Below, one piece after another: positions 9,006 through 22,668 of a stretch of 64,000 bases of DNA. Under the pieces are notes generated by a model. That model was not told where the DNA came from. It saw only the letters and a list, made by a program, of their open reading frames with translations, and made no database searches. A program made the position numbers and the translations under genes. The stretch comes from Nautiliales bacterium (lineage in GTDB: Bacteria > Campylobacterota > Campylobacteria > Campylobacterales > JAADDX01), in assembly GCA_030826765.1 (NCBI GenBank), contig JAUUDM010000025.1, positions 5,365-69,364 on the forward strand, given 5' to 3'. Each line of letters opens with the position of its first letter. Position 1 is the first letter of the stretch.

Positions 9006-9899
9006 TTAAAAAAGTTTTTCTTGAATATCTTCTTTTTCCTTTAACTCTACATCGACACCAATTAAAATCGCAAAATTATAATTATCTTTATAAAAAAAGT
9101 CAATATTATTTATATCATAAAATTTAACAATTGCATATTTTACTTTAGCAAATATAAAATTTAAATCTCTTGTTAAAAATTCATCTTTTTCAAGCCCACT
9201 TATAACAACTCTATCACTTTTTCCAAATGGAATTTTTTCATTTTTTATATTTACAAACTGAGGAGTAAATCTGGATATTTTTAAAGATTTTAAATTATAT
9301 TCTAATTCATTTTCTTCTAAAAAACCTAAAGCTAAAGAAAGTTCATCTAAATATAATGCTGGGAAAATAGCATTATATTCAACACCTTTATATCTAAACT
9401 TAGAGATAAAAAGAGTTGAATCAATAAGCTCAATTTTTTCTTTTTTAGTTAGAGGTATAGTATTTATAGAAATATTAGCTAATTCTTCGTTAGACGTAAT
9501 ATAATATTCATATTCATTTAAAAATTTAGCCTTTACTTTATCAATAATAGCTATTTCTGATGATTTGGATATACTTTTTAAAATATCAAGAGTAATTTTA
9601 TTACAAACATATAAAGTTTTGTTTAAAAGTTTATATTTAAGTAATTTAAATAGAGCTTCTTTGATATCATCAACCCTAATCCAAGCAATTTCATTATCTA
9701 TAATTTCATGATATTCAGTAGAAAGAATAGCATAAGCACCTTTAGCAATAGCTTCTTTGATATTGTCTATATTATCAGAAACAAAAAGATATTCTCTTTT
9801 CATTTCTTTTAAAGAATCAGCAAAACCTGCTATTTCAGATATAAATCCAGCATTTACAAGTTCACCATCTATAATATTAAGAATAGTGTCTATTCTCAT
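9006..9899 (-). CDS. hypothetical protein with Mur-ligase (MurF) N-terminal-like region and a degenerate P-loop
   Basis: 297 aa. ILNIIDGELVN...FADSLKEMKREYLFVS...IKEAIAKGAYAILS...AWIRVDDIKEALFKL parallels the MurF N-domain. The position of TGTNGKT reads YVCNKIT. It overlaps the metG stop by 4 nt. Confidence 0.6.
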   Translation of the reverse strand: MRIDTILNIIDGELVNAGFISEIAGFADSLKEMKREYLFVSDNIDNIKEAIAKGAYAILSTEYHEIIDNEIAWIRVDDIKEALFKLLKYKLLNKTLYVCNKITLDILKSISKSSEIAIIDKVKAKFLNEYEYYITSNEELANISINTIPLTKKEKIELIDSTLFISKFRYKGVEYNAIFPALYLDELSLALGFLEENELEYNLKSLKISRFTPQFVNIKNEKIPFGKSDRVVISGLEKDEFLTRDLNFIFAKVKYAIVKFYDINNIDFFYKDNYNFAILIGVDVELKEKEDIQEKLF

Positions 9900-11824
9900 T
9901 TAATAGGTGTTCCTTCTTTTTTAGGAGCTTCTGGTCTAAGTAAATGTAATCCATTTTCATCTTTTGCAGCAAGAAGCATTCCTTCACTCATCATTCCCAT
10001 AAGTTTAGCTGGTTTTAGATTTGCCACTACTGCAACTTGAGTCCCAACTAAATCTTCAGGAGAATAAAATTCTTTAATTCCTGCTACAATTTGTCTATTT
10101 CTACCTTCACCTAAATCAACTTCTAATCTCAATAATTTTTTAGATTTTTTAACTTCCTCAGCTACTTTTACAGTTCCAATTTTTAAACTAACATTAAAAA
10201 ATTCATCAATTGTAATAATTCCATCTTCATTTTTCACTTCTTTAGTTTCCTCTTTTGGTTCTTTTTTAACTTCTACTTGTTTTAATAGTGGCTTCTCAAT
10301 TTTTGGAAATAATGGCTCTGTTTTTTTAATTATAAATTCATCTAAAATATTTTTATTTTTAATATATTTTTCATAATTTACTGTATCAATTTTATAATTT
10401 AGGCTATCTGCAATTTTATCCATAGTCTTAGGCATAACTGGACTTAGCATAAATGAACCTCTATTTAAAATATTAGCAACTAGTCCCAAAAGAGCCATAG
10501 TTTTTTCTGGATTTTCTTTGATTAATTCCCAAGGTTTTTCATCTTGAATAGTTTTATTTGCAAGTGAGAATACTTTCCATAACTCTTCTAAATATTTATG
10601 AATTTGCATTTCATATAATAATGGTTCAAGTGAATCAAGAATAGTTTCAACTTCTTCAAGTTCTTTTAAATAATATTTTTTCACATCTTTACTATCTATT
10701 TTACCATCAAAATATTTATAACTCATTCCAATAATTCTATTTAAAAGGTTACCAAGTTCATTTGCTAAATCATTATTAATTCTATCAATTAAAGCTTTTT
10801 CACTAAAATCTCCATCAGCACCAAAAGGAACTTCTCTAAGCATAAAATATCTGAAATTTTCTAATCCATAAGCATCTGCAACTTCTTTTGGATTAATTAC
10901 ATTTCCTTTACTTTTACTCATTTTTTCACCATCTCTTGTCCACCATCCATGAGCTGCTATATTTTTAGGTAATTCTAATCCTAAACTCATCAAAAATGCT
11001 GGCCAATAAATTGCGTGAAATTTTAAAATATCTTTTCCAACTATGTGTAAATCAGCTGGCCAATATTTTTCCATTGAAGTTTCATCATCACTTCCATAAC
11101 CAAGAGCTGTAATATAGTTTAAAAGTGCATCAAGCCAAACATAAACTACATGTTTAGGGTCATTTATACTTTCAGGAAGTTTCACTCCCCATTCAAATGA
11201 AGTTCTTGTAATTGATAAATCTCTTAATCCATCTTCAACAAATCTAATAACTTCATTCGCTTTTGCTTTTGGAATTATTGGTGTTTTTTCTTTATACCAA
11301 TTCAAAATATCTTTTTCATATTTTGAAAGTTTAAAAAAGTAACTTTCTTCTTTTAATTTTCTTGTAGGTTTTCCACAATCAGGGCAAAATTCTTTATCAA
11401 TTAATTGTGTTTCAGTAAAAAATGTTTCACAACTTACACAATAATTTCCTTCATATTCACCCTTATAAATATCACCTTTTTCAAACATAATTTCAAATGC
11501 TTTTTGAACACCTTTTTTATGTTCTTCATCAGTAGTTCTTATAAATTTATCATAACTAATTTCAAATTCATCCCATAAACTTTTAAATTTTCCACTAACC
11601 TCATCAGCATACTCTTTTGGAGTTTTACCTCTTGCTTTTGCAGCTTCTTCAATTTTTTGTCCGTGTTCATCTGTTCCAGTTAAAAAGAAAGTATCCATTC
11701 CTTTAAGTCTTGCATATCTTGCAACACTATCAGCAATAATTGTTGTATAAGCATGCCCAATGTGTGCTACATCATTTACATAATAAATTGGAGTTGTTAA
11801 ATAAAATTTTTTACAATCACTCAT
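9896..11824 (-). CDS. metG: methionine--tRNA ligase
   Basis: 642 aa with HIGHAYTT and KMSKSKGN class I motifs, a Cys knuckle (CVSCETFF...CPDCGKP) and a C-terminal tRNA-binding domain. Confidence 0.97.
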   Translation of the reverse strand: MSDCKKFYLTTPIYYVNDVAHIGHAYTTIIADSVARYARLKGMDTFFLTGTDEHGQKIEEAAKARGKTPKEYADEVSGKFKSLWDEFEISYDKFIRTTDEEHKKGVQKAFEIMFEKGDIYKGEYEGNYCVSCETFFTETQLIDKEFCPDCGKPTRKLKEESYFFKLSKYEKDILNWYKEKTPIIPKAKANEVIRFVEDGLRDLSITRTSFEWGVKLPESINDPKHVVYVWLDALLNYITALGYGSDDETSMEKYWPADLHIVGKDILKFHAIYWPAFLMSLGLELPKNIAAHGWWTRDGEKMSKSKGNVINPKEVADAYGLENFRYFMLREVPFGADGDFSEKALIDRINNDLANELGNLLNRIIGMSYKYFDGKIDSKDVKKYYLKELEEVETILDSLEPLLYEMQIHKYLEELWKVFSLANKTIQDEKPWELIKENPEKTMALLGLVANILNRGSFMLSPVMPKTMDKIADSLNYKIDTVNYEKYIKNKNILDEFIIKKTEPLFPKIEKPLLKQVEVKKEPKEETKEVKNEDGIITIDEFFNVSLKIGTVKVAEEVKKSKKLLRLEVDLGEGRNRQIVAGIKEFYSPEDLVGTQVAVVANLKPAKLMGMMSEGMLLAAKDENGLHLLRPEAPKKEGTPIK

Positions 11825-12675
11825 TTTTCTACCTTTGCATAAGTTTTTAATACTCTTTTGATTTCATAATCACTTCCAAAAAAACATGGAGTTGTATCGT
11901 GAATATGATCTATTCCTAATTCCAATAAATCATCTTTTCCATCAATTGCTAAACCTCCAGCTCTGTTATAAACATAAGCAAAAGGAAATACTTCAAAAAG
12001 TTTTCTAAGTTTTCCTTTTGGTTTATCATTTGCACCTGGATAAGCAAAAAGTCCACCACCTTTTAATAAAATTTGATGTAAGTCTGGCACCATCCCACCA
12101 CTATATCTAAGTCTATATCCATCAGCAAAAAATTTATCTATCATCTCTTTATGATATGAATACCACTCTTTTTGAGTTCCACCAGGTCCTACAATTTTAC
12201 CTTTTTCCCCAAGACTAAGCTCTTTTTGAAAAATAAATTCATTTTTTTCTTCATCTAATCTATATAGTTCTACTACATCTCTAGCAATTACAAGCTCAAC
12301 TCTTGGTCCATAAACCACATAAGCAGCAGCTACAATAGTAGGACCACTATATTCATCTTTATATATTCCAAAAATACTTCCAACACTTAAATTAACATCA
12401 ATTAAACTACTTCCATCAAGTGGGTCATAAGCTATTAAATAATCCCCATTTTCATGCATAGGAGTTACATCTTCTTTTTCTTCACTAACTATTTCTTTTA
12501 TAGCAGATACTTTTTTAAATTCATTTTCAATAATTTCATCGCTAATAATATCAAGTTTTACTTGCACATCCCCACTACTATTTTCACTTTCAGCTTTTGA
12601 AGTATCTTCTGTTTTTATAGCTTTATTTATTTTTATAGCAGCACTTTTTATTGCATTCATTATATCAGTCATCAT
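11821..12675 (-). CDS. fbp: fructose-1,6-bisphosphatase, class 1 (short epsilonproteobacterial form)
   Basis: 284 aa with EEKED, DPLDGSS and RYSGGMVPD motifs. Confidence 0.88.
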   Translation of the reverse strand: MMTDIMNAIKSAAIKINKAIKTEDTSKAESENSSGDVQVKLDIISDEIIENEFKKVSAIKEIVSEEKEDVTPMHENGDYLIAYDPLDGSSLIDVNLSVGSIFGIYKDEYSGPTIVAAAYVVYGPRVELVIARDVVELYRLDEEKNEFIFQKELSLGEKGKIVGPGGTQKEWYSYHKEMIDKFFADGYRLRYSGGMVPDLHQILLKGGGLFAYPGANDKPKGKLRKLFEVFPFAYVYNRAGGLAIDGKDDLLELGIDHIHDTTPCFFGSDYEIKRVLKTYAKVEK

Positions 12676-13157
12676 ATCTCCTTTGCATTATTTAAAACCC
12701 AACTAATTACTTCATCTATATTATTTAAATCTAAAATTTCTATCTCTTTTGAAATGAGACTTTTATCAATTGTATCATCAATAGCAACTGCATTTATATA
12801 AGGAAAATAACTCTCATCTACTTCATTTCTAAAAACTGCAAGTCTTGGAAGTGGTAAATATTTAAGCCCCTCAACTAAAAGATAATCAAAATCATTTATC
12901 ATATCAACTATTTCATCTAAACTTTTTTGTTTATGTGAAAAATATGTCGTTCTTTTAGGTGAAGTTACCACAACTTCAGCACCTGTATTATAAAATTTAT
13001 AACTATCTTTACCCTCTTTATCAAATTTTGCTTTATCTGACGGGTCATTTTTAATAATAGCTATTTTATATGTAGAAATTAATTTTTTTGAAATTTTTTC
13101 AATAAGTGTAGTTTTTCCTGAATTACTTGGCCCTGTAAATGCAACTGCTTTTCTCAC
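12672..13157 (-). CDS. mobB: molybdopterin-guanine dinucleotide biosynthesis adapter protein
   Basis: 161 aa with Walker [17 protein letters not shown] and MobB-like length. Confidence 0.85.
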   Translation of the reverse strand: MRKAVAFTGPSNSGKTTLIEKISKKLISTYKIAIIKNDPSDKAKFDKEGKDSYKFYNTGAEVVVTSPKRTTYFSHKQKSLDEIVDMINDFDYLLVEGLKYLPLPRLAVFRNEVDESYFPYINAVAIDDTIDKSLISKEIEILDLNNIDEVISWVLNNAKEI

Positions 13158-13207
13158 ATTTTTACCTTTTTTTTTATATTATAGCACAAATACAATAAGA
13201 AAAAATC

Positions 13208-16013
<2,806 letters not shown>

Positions 16014-16077
16014 TTTATTCCTTTTGAAATATATTTTAATATTTGCCACATAACTATCCATAAAATAATAAGCAATA

Positions 16078-16098
16078 AAGTTGTCCCAAAAACAACTT
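16078..16098 (-). terminator. hairpin aagttgt-N7-acaactt downstream of ileS
   Basis: 7-bp stem read directly, 24 nt after the ileS stop, followed on the minus strand by T-rich tattgcttattatttt. Confidence 0.4.
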
Positions 16099-16121
16099 CA
16101 TTACTAATAGGTTTAGTTAAA

Positions 16122-18851
16122 TCAAACATTTACAACCTCAGCACATCTATCACATAATGAATCTTCACTATCTGCTAAATATCTCCAACATCTTGGACAT
16201 TTATGTTTAGTAGATTTTCTAATTTCATATGCAATTCCATCAAATTCCATTGTTCCTAAAAGTTCACCACAACTTTCATTATTAATTTCACTAACTACAA
16301 AGAAATCAACGATATCCGCATTATCAAGTAAATCTGCATCATTTGTACAAATTGATAATTCAAGTGTAGATTTTACTTTTTTCTCTTTTTTAAGTTTATC
16401 TACAACTTCTCCAAACTCTTCTCTAAGTTTTAAAACTTTATCAGTAATTGCATTTGTTAAATCAAATTCTTTAAAGTCTGCATATTCATAATCAAAAATT
16501 GAATCTTTTTTAAGCATTTTAGGTGCATGCTCAATCGCTTCATTTGCAGTGTATGTTAAAACTGGTGCAATTATAATTATAAGTCTTTTTGCAATCATAC
16601 ACATTGCAGTTTGAGTGGCTCTTCTTTTGTCTGAATTTGCAGCTTCACAATACATTCTATCTTTTGTAATATCTACATAAATTGCACTAAGTTCATTTAC
16701 AACAAAATTATTTAAAATATTAAATGCTTTTGAAAAATCATAAGCTTTAAATAGCGAAATAACTTCATTAAATACTTCTTTTGCTTTTGATAAAATCCAT
16801 TTATCAATATCAGAGAAGTTATAATTAGGTTCACTCATATCTTCAAGATTTGCTAATAAAATTCTAATTGTATTTCTTAATTTTCTATATTGGTCAGAAA
16901 TTTGTTTTAGGATTTTATCACTAATTTTGATATCACCTTTATAATCACTCATTGCAACCCAAAGTCTAAGGATTTCACCACCAAATTGTTTTGAAACATC
17001 TACAGGTGAAACTACATTTCCTTTACTTTTACTCATTTTTTCACCTTTTTCATCAACAGTAAATCCATGAGTTAAGATTGATTTATAAGGTGCTTTATCT
17101 TCAGTTGCAGTTGAAACTAAAAGTGATGATTGGAACCAACCTCTATGTTGATCGCTTCCTTCAAGATACATATCAGCGGGATATTCCCCTGCATCATAAT
17201 TTCCACTTTGTAAAACTGCTGCAAAAGTTGAACCACTATCAAACCACACATCTAAAATATCATTTACTTTTTCTAAGTTATCTGGATTATATTTTGAATT
17301 TGCTGGTAAAAGCTCAGCAATACTTAAATCATACCAAGCGTCCGCACCTTTTTCGCTAAATATATTATAAATATTATCTAAAACTTCATCATCTAAGATA
17401 ATTTCTTCTGTTGTTTTATCTCTAAAAAATGCAATAGGTACACCCCAATCTCTTTGTCTTGAAATACACCAATCAGGTCTGTTTTCTACCATTGTAGTTA
17501 ATCTGTTTCTTCCAGCTTCTGGAATAAATTTTACATTTTCAATCTCTTTTAAAGCTCTATTTCTTAAAGTCTCACCTTCTACTTCTTTATCCATAGTTAC
17601 AAACCATTGTTTTGTAGCTCTATAAATTAGTGGATTATGACATCTCCAGCAGTGTGGATATGAGTGACTAAATTTATCCACTTTTACTAAGCTATCTCCT
17701 AACATTTCTAAAATTTTAGGTTGTGCTTTGAAAATAAATTCACCTTCAAATTCATCTGGTAAAAGTTTTTCAGTTTTGATAATTGGAGAATAACATCCTC
17801 TTTCATCTACTGGTTGAATTACTTCACTAAATCCATATTTTCTCCATACTTTGTAGTCATCTTCCCCGTGCCCTGGAGCTGTATGAACACATCCTGTTCC
17901 ACCATCCATTGTAACGTGTTCACCTAAAAGAACAATACTTTCTCTACCATTTATTGGATTAATTGCAATTAGTTTCTCAAGTTCGTCTGCTTTAAATCTT
18001 TTTTTCACATCACCTTTTACAACTCCAGCTTCTTTTAAAGAATCATATAAAGGAAGTGCTACAATTTTATTATCTTCGCTTAATGCATACTCTTCATCAG
18101 GACTCAAACTAATCCCCATATTAGATGGAAGTGTCCAAGGAGTAGTAGTCCAAATTACAATACTTGCATCATTAAGATCTAATTTTTTAAGAGCTTCATC
18201 ACTTAATTTAAATGCAACATAAATAGAATAATCTTCTTTATCTTCATATTCAACTTCAGCTTCTGCAAGTGCTGTTTTATCGTGCATACACCAAAATACC
18301 GGCTTACTTCTTTCTACTAAAAGTCCTCTTTTAGCAATTTTAGTAAGTTGTTTATAAATATTTGCTTCAAATTTGAAATCCATAGTTTTATAAGGATTTT
18401 CCCAATCCCCTATTACACCAAGATTTTTAAACTCTTCTTTTTGAATATCAATAAATTTAGCAGCGTGCGATCTACATAATTCTCTAAGTTTTGATTTAGC
18501 AAGTGCTTCTTTTTTTTCTCTACCTATTTTTTTCTCTACTTGTTGTTCAATTGGAAGTCCGTGACAATCCCACCCCGGAACATATCTAACTGATTTACCT
18601 TGAAAATAGTTAAATTTAACAATAATATCTTTTAAAATTTTATTTAATGCATGACCAATATGAATATGTCCATTTGCATATGGAGGTCCATCGTGAAGGT
18701 TATACTCTTCTTTACCCTCTCTATTTTGTTTCATTTTTTCATAAATATCATTTTCGAACCATTCTTTATATTTTTTAGGCTCATTTTGTGGAAGATTTCC
18801 TCTCATCGGAAATGTAGTTTTTGGAAGTAATAATGTCTCTTTATAATCCAT
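16122..18851 (-). CDS. ileS: isoleucine--tRNA ligase
   Basis: 909 aa with [20 protein letters not shown] and a C-terminal zinc knuckle CPRCWRY...CDRC. Confidence 0.97.
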   Translation of the reverse strand: MDYKETLLLPKTTFPMRGNLPQNEPKKYKEWFENDIYEKMKQNREGKEEYNLHDGPPYANGHIHIGHALNKILKDIIVKFNYFQGKSVRYVPGWDCHGLPIEQQVEKKIGREKKEALAKSKLRELCRSHAAKFIDIQKEEFKNLGVIGDWENPYKTMDFKFEANIYKQLTKIAKRGLLVERSKPVFWCMHDKTALAEAEVEYEDKEDYSIYVAFKLSDEALKKLDLNDASIVIWTTTPWTLPSNMGISLSPDEEYALSEDNKIVALPLYDSLKEAGVVKGDVKKRFKADELEKLIAINPINGRESIVLLGEHVTMDGGTGCVHTAPGHGEDDYKVWRKYGFSEVIQPVDERGCYSPIIKTEKLLPDEFEGEFIFKAQPKILEMLGDSLVKVDKFSHSYPHCWRCHNPLIYRATKQWFVTMDKEVEGETLRNRALKEIENVKFIPEAGRNRLTTMVENRPDWCISRQRDWGVPIAFFRDKTTEEIILDDEVLDNIYNIFSEKGADAWYDLSIAELLPANSKYNPDNLEKVNDILDVWFDSGSTFAAVLQSGNYDAGEYPADMYLEGSDQHRGWFQSSLLVSTATEDKAPYKSILTHGFTVDEKGEKMSKSKGNVVSPVDVSKQFGGEILRLWVAMSDYKGDIKISDKILKQISDQYRKLRNTIRILLANLEDMSEPNYNFSDIDKWILSKAKEVFNEVISLFKAYDFSKAFNILNNFVVNELSAIYVDITKDRMYCEAANSDKRRATQTAMCMIAKRLIIIIAPVLTYTANEAIEHAPKMLKKDSIFDYEYADFKEFDLTNAITDKVLKLREEFGEVVDKLKKEKKVKSTLELSICTNDADLLDNADIVDFFVVSEINNESCGELLGTMEFDGIAYEIRKSTKHKCPRCWRYLADSEDSLCDRCAEVVNV

Positions 18852-18891
18852 TAGGAGTATCTCCTTTTTTCAACGTATTATAACATAATTT

Positions 18892-20700
18892 TCAAATAAA
18901 ATTCACAACATCCATATCCACTTTTGTTTTATCACTTTTACATTCCCATATAAATTTATGAAAATTAACTCCTTTTATTAAAATCTGATAACGATATTTA
19001 TTTGATATTTTTGTAATTGGACTTGGACCAAAACCTAAAATTGGATACTTTTTTTCTAAACAATTTTTAACTTTAAACATCTCATTTTGAGCATTATTTG
19101 GATTTTTATCACTAAATTCAAGTTTAGCTAATCTCGAAAAAGGTGGATAATTTAACATTTTTCTAAATTCTAATTCTTCTTTGATAAATTCATCATAACT
19201 CTCTTTAAAAAAGTCTTCATTTTGAGTTTGAATCAAAACTTCTCCATTTTCTCTTCTTCCAGCTCTTCCTGCCACTTGCACTACTAAACTTAGAGCTCTC
19301 TCTCTTGCTCGATAATCAGGCATATTCAAAACAAAATCAATATCTAAAATTACAGCCAATTTTACATCATAATCGTGCCCTTTGCTTAGCATTTGAGTTC
19401 CTACTAAAACATCTATTTTTTTATCATTAAATTCTTTTAAAGTTTTATCAAGTCTTGTTTTTGAAGTAATTATATCTCTATCAAACTTTTCTATTCGTTT
19501 ATTTGGAAAATAAGTTTTTAAAATTTCTACAATTTCACTACTTCCAATTCTTTCATTCAAGAAGTTTTCACCGCCACAATTTGGGCAAACTGCAGGAATT
19601 TTAGTTGTATAATTACAATAATGACATTTCATAGTTCGATTATTAGAATGAACACTCATACTAACATCACAAAATGGACACTTAATAGCTTCTCCACATT
19701 TAGCACAAATCATATATTTAAAATTAGCTCTTGTTGGAATAAAAATAATAACTTGTTGATTTTCTTTTAAAGTATTTTCTATTTTTCTAAGACTCTCTTC
19801 AAAATTCGAAACAAATTCAAATCTGTTTTTTGAATTATAAAAATTACCTTTCAAGCGAAAATAAGGATGTTTATAAAAATCACTTACAAGGGGAGTTGCA
19901 CTCCCTAAAACTACACTAACATTATAAACTTTCCCAAAATAAATAGCCAAATCTTTTGCATTATATCTAACACCACTTTGAGATTTATAACTATCATCGT
20001 GAAATTCATCTACAATAATTGTTCCTAAATTTTCCATAGGTAAAAATAGAGCACTTCTAGCCCCTGCAACTATTCTTATTTTTCCTTCTTTTAAACCTTT
20101 TAAAATTTTTGTTTTTTTAGGTTTTGTAATTTTTGAGTGCCAAATAGCTACTATTTCACCAAAATATTTTTTAAGTCTTTTTTCCATTTGAGAAGTAATA
20201 GCAATTTCAGGTAAAAGTAAAATTGCAGTTTTATTTTCATTTATAACTTTTTCAATAAGTTTAATATAAATTTCTGTTTTCCCACTTCCAGTATCACCAA
20301 AAAGAATAGAAGTTTGATTATTTTCGCAAAACTCAAAAGCCTCTTTTTGTTTAGTAGTTAATTCAATCTCTGTTTTTATATTTAAATTTTGTAACTTTTT
20401 GTTTTGTTGAAAGATAAAAAGGGAAACAGCTTCACCTAAAGAGGTAAAATAGTAATAACTAATAAAATTTACTATTTTTTGCTCATTTTCATTTAATTGA
20501 TAAATTAATTTTGTAATATCTAAACATTTAAAATTTGGTTTTTGAATTTTTTTTATAATTAAAGCTTGAACTATTTTATTTCGTAAAGTAACTTCTACAA
20601 TAGAAAAAGGAGTAAAATTTTCTATTGATTGGTAAGTAAAAACAGAAGGAGTACCAACTATGGCACATTCATAAAAATTTAGTGAGTTAACTTCGAACAA
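18892..20700 (-). CDS. priA: primosomal replication restart helicase PriA
   Basis: 602 aa with Walker A GDTGSGKTE, DEFHD, and a Cys-rich insert CAKCGEAIKCPFC...CHYC...CPNCGG. Its start overlaps the upstream pilin-like gene by 22 nt. Confidence 0.93.
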   Translation of the reverse strand: MFEVNSLNFYECAIVGTPSVFTYQSIENFTPFSIVEVTLRNKIVQALIIKKIQKPNFKCLDITKLIYQLNENEQKIVNFISYYYFTSLGEAVSLFIFQQNKKLQNLNIKTEIELTTKQKEAFEFCENNQTSILFGDTGSGKTEIYIKLIEKVINENKTAILLLPEIAITSQMEKRLKKYFGEIVAIWHSKITKPKKTKILKGLKEGKIRIVAGARSALFLPMENLGTIIVDEFHDDSYKSQSGVRYNAKDLAIYFGKVYNVSVVLGSATPLVSDFYKHPYFRLKGNFYNSKNRFEFVSNFEESLRKIENTLKENQQVIIFIPTRANFKYMICAKCGEAIKCPFCDVSMSVHSNNRTMKCHYCNYTTKIPAVCPNCGGENFLNERIGSSEIVEILKTYFPNKRIEKFDRDIITSKTRLDKTLKEFNDKKIDVLVGTQMLSKGHDYDVKLAVILDIDFVLNMPDYRARERALSLVVQVAGRAGRRENGEVLIQTQNEDFFKESYDEFIKEELEFRKMLNYPPFSRLAKLEFSDKNPNNAQNEMFKVKNCLEKKYPILGFGPSPITKISNKYRYQILIKGVNFHKFIWECKSDKTKVDMDVVNFI

Positions 20701-21158
20701 AGTGTATCTGCTTCTCCACTATTAAGTCCATCACAATCAAAATGACCATTTGAATTATTATAATCAAATTCTATATCATTATTCATAATTTTAACATTAT
20801 ATTTAGTAATACCATCTGAATCATCATCGTCTGTTTTCATCCAATGCCCATCTGCATTTTTTGAATAAATTGGATAAGTTAATAATTGACCGATAGACGA
20901 GTTACCATCAAAAAGTTTTTCACCTTCCGTATTTTTTTCAGCATCATCTAAAGCTTCAGGGTATTCATCAATTCCCATCATCAATTTTTGTGTATGTAGA
21001 TTCTCAATAGCACTTCTAATATTTGCAACATCACTCCTTACCTTTGTAATAACTGCATCATCTCTTGTTGCCCATAACTTTGGTAAAGCTACTGAAGCAA
21101 GTATTCCTATTATAACTATTACAAAAATAAGTTCTATCATTGTAAATGATTTTTTCAT
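20679..21158 (-). CDS. type IV pilin-like / pseudopilin protein (prepilin N-terminal methylation motif)
   Basis: 159 aa. N-terminus MKKSFTMIELIFVIVIIGILASVALPKL with Glu at +5. C-terminal Cys pair (CDGLNSGEADTLC). Confidence 0.85.
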   Translation of the reverse strand: MKKSFTMIELIFVIVIIGILASVALPKLWATRDDAVITKVRSDVANIRSAIENLHTQKLMMGIDEYPEALDDAEKNTEGEKLFDGNSSIGQLLTYPIYSKNADGHWMKTDDDDSDGITKYNVKIMNNDIEFDYNNSNGHFDCDGLNSGEADTLCSKLTH

Positions 21159-21167
21159 CTATTTTCC

Positions 21168-21629
21168 TTAAAAATTTACTGCATTATTCAAAACAGAATA
21201 ATTTCTATCTGCTGGTATGACTCTTTTTATATCTTGACATAAAGTATCATTATTTGATGAATTCGTTTCTACTTCAATCTGATTACCATCTGTTGTATAA
21301 CTTACACAAACTATCTTATCATCTCTATTTGAATAAACTACAGTGTGATTAGCATCTTTAATTTCTGCCCAACCTTTTTTGATAAGTTCATTGTAAAAAA
21401 TTTGACTTGAGTGCCTAGAAGAGTTTATATCATTAAAATCAACTTTTCCACCTTTTGCAGTATAGTAAGTAATTATTTCTCTTACTCCATCTTGCATATG
21501 TGTAGCAAGCACTGCTGTTCTTGCATCATCTCTTGTAGTATTTAATTTTGTAATAGCAATTGTAGCTAAAATACCTATAATAACAATTACAAAAATTAAT
21601 TCAATTAGTGTAAAAGCTGATTTTTTCAT
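21168..21629 (-). CDS. type IV pilin-like / pseudopilin protein
   Basis: 153 aa. N-terminus MKKSAFTLIELIFVIVIIGILATIAITKL. Cys pair CVSYTTDGNQIEVETNSSNNDTLC. Ends in VNF. Confidence 0.85.
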   Translation of the reverse strand: MKKSAFTLIELIFVIVIIGILATIAITKLNTTRDDARTAVLATHMQDGVREIITYYTAKGGKVDFNDINSSRHSSQIFYNELIKKGWAEIKDANHTVVYSNRDDKIVCVSYTTDGNQIEVETNSSNNDTLCQDIKRVIPADRNYSVLNNAVNF

Positions 21630-21656
21630 AATAAATAATTCTAAGAGAAAAACCTC

Positions 21657-22112
21657 TTAGAAATTAACATGACTTCCCGCAAGTGTATAATTAACATCTT
21701 TCACTATACTTTTTACACCTGTACAAATTTGCCCATTAGCACTACTATTTGTTTCTACTAATAAAGCAGTATCATTTGTTTCTAATGTTACACAACCAAT
21801 ACCATTTCCACTACTATCACTATCGCCATATATAGTCACTGCTGTACTATTATCCTCATTTGCTTTATCTTGAGCTACTAATTGTTTTAAAACTTGAGAT
21901 TCAGTTGTAATATCCGTGGCATTAGCTTCTCCACCGTGTGCTGTTACATAATTTGCAATCTCTGATGTTGCACTTTGAACTTGTTGTGAAATTGTTGCAA
22001 CTTTTGCATCTGTTCTTGTAGCTGCTAGTTTAGGAATAGCAACTGACGCTAAAATACCTATGATAACGATAACGAAAATTAATTCAATCATTGTAAAACC
22101 TGATTTTTTCAT
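21657..22112 (-). CDS. type IV pilin-like / pseudopilin protein
   Basis: The start is moved to the internal ATG at 22112 (MKKSGFTMIELIFVIVIIGILASVAIPKL), which is preceded by ggagaaa. The track's extra 21 codons overlap the upstream gene. Cys pair CVTLETNDTALLVETNSSANGQIC. Ends in VNF. Confidence 0.85.
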   Translation of the reverse strand: MKKSGFTMIELIFVIVIIGILASVAIPKLAATRTDAKVATISQQVQSATSEIANYVTAHGGEANATDITTESQVLKQLVAQDKANEDNSTAVTIYGDSDSSGNGIGCVTLETNDTALLVETNSSANGQICTGVKSIVKDVNYTLAGSHVNF

Positions 22113-22164
22113 AGTTTCTCCTTTTGTTTTTGATTTCTTTATTAAAATATTACTACAAACTTGA

Positions 22165-22374
22165 TTACAAATCAAGTTTGCTAAGTAACTTTTTCATTTT
22201 TTGCTCATTTTGGTAACTTTTATAGCCAAATTTAAGCATAATATTCAATAAATCTTTAATTTGAGTATCTGAATTATTTAAACTATTTATATCATCTTTT
22301 ATATATTCATAAAACTCATCCTCTATCTCAATTTCATATTTTTGTCCAATAAGATAAAGTTTTATTTTTTTCAT
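22165..22374 (-). CDS. small hypothetical protein, possibly ZapA-like
   Basis: 69 aa. KLYLIGQKYEIEIEDEFYEYIKDDINSL resembles the ZapA N-terminal pattern. It overlaps the coiled-coil gene upstream by 4 nt. Confidence 0.4.
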   Translation of the reverse strand: MKKIKLYLIGQKYEIEIEDEFYEYIKDDINSLNNSDTQIKDLLNIMLKFGYKSYQNEQKMKKLLSKLDL

Positions 22375-22598
22375 TTACCTAAAATAGCCTCAATTTTTCC
22401 AACAATCTCCTCAAGTTCTAAATCTTTAAGTGCCAATGTTTCTTGAAGTTCTTCATTCTGAGTTTCTAATTCTTCTTTTTTATTACTTAAATTAGCAACT
22501 TCTGTCTCTAACTCTTCTATTTTTTTAACTGCACCTTCATATTTAGATAAAAGACCATCAATCTTTTCATTTAAAAGTGTTAAAATATCTTTTTCCAT
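22371..22598 (-). CDS. small coiled-coil protein, ZapB-like
   Basis: 75 aa that is almost entirely heptad-like Glu/Leu/Lys coiled coil (KIEELETEVANLSNKKEELETQNEELQETLALKDLELEE). Confidence 0.5.
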   Translation of the reverse strand: MEKDILTLLNEKIDGLLSKYEGAVKKIEELETEVANLSNKKEELETQNEELQETLALKDLELEEIVGKIEAILGK

Positions 22599-22613
22599 TG
22601 ATATCTCCTTTTT

Positions 22614-22622
22614 TGCTATAAT
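22614..22622 (+). promoter_or_regulatory. extended -10 box TGCTATAAT upstream of uvrB
   Basis: Exact TGnTATAAT, 46 nt before the uvrB ATG, with SD aaggaaa in between. Confidence 0.5.
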
Positions 22623-22668
22623 TATAACTAAAAATATTCAAATAATTATATATTTTATAAGGAAATAG

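Noticed and set aside
16014-16121. A 15-codon mini-ORF ([15 protein letters not shown]) and the track's N-terminal extension of gatA in the ileS-gatA spacer.
   Set aside because: The mini-ORF coincides with the terminator hairpin aagttgt/acaactt and has no SD. The gatA extension has no SD, whereas the internal ATG at 16013 does.
22113-22175. A 21-codon N-terminal extension of the third pilin-like gene (MICNQVCSNILIKKSKTKGET).
   Set aside because: Prepilin leaders are short. The internal ATG gives the canonical MKKSGFTMIE leader and has a ggagaaa SD. The extension overlaps the upstream gene.
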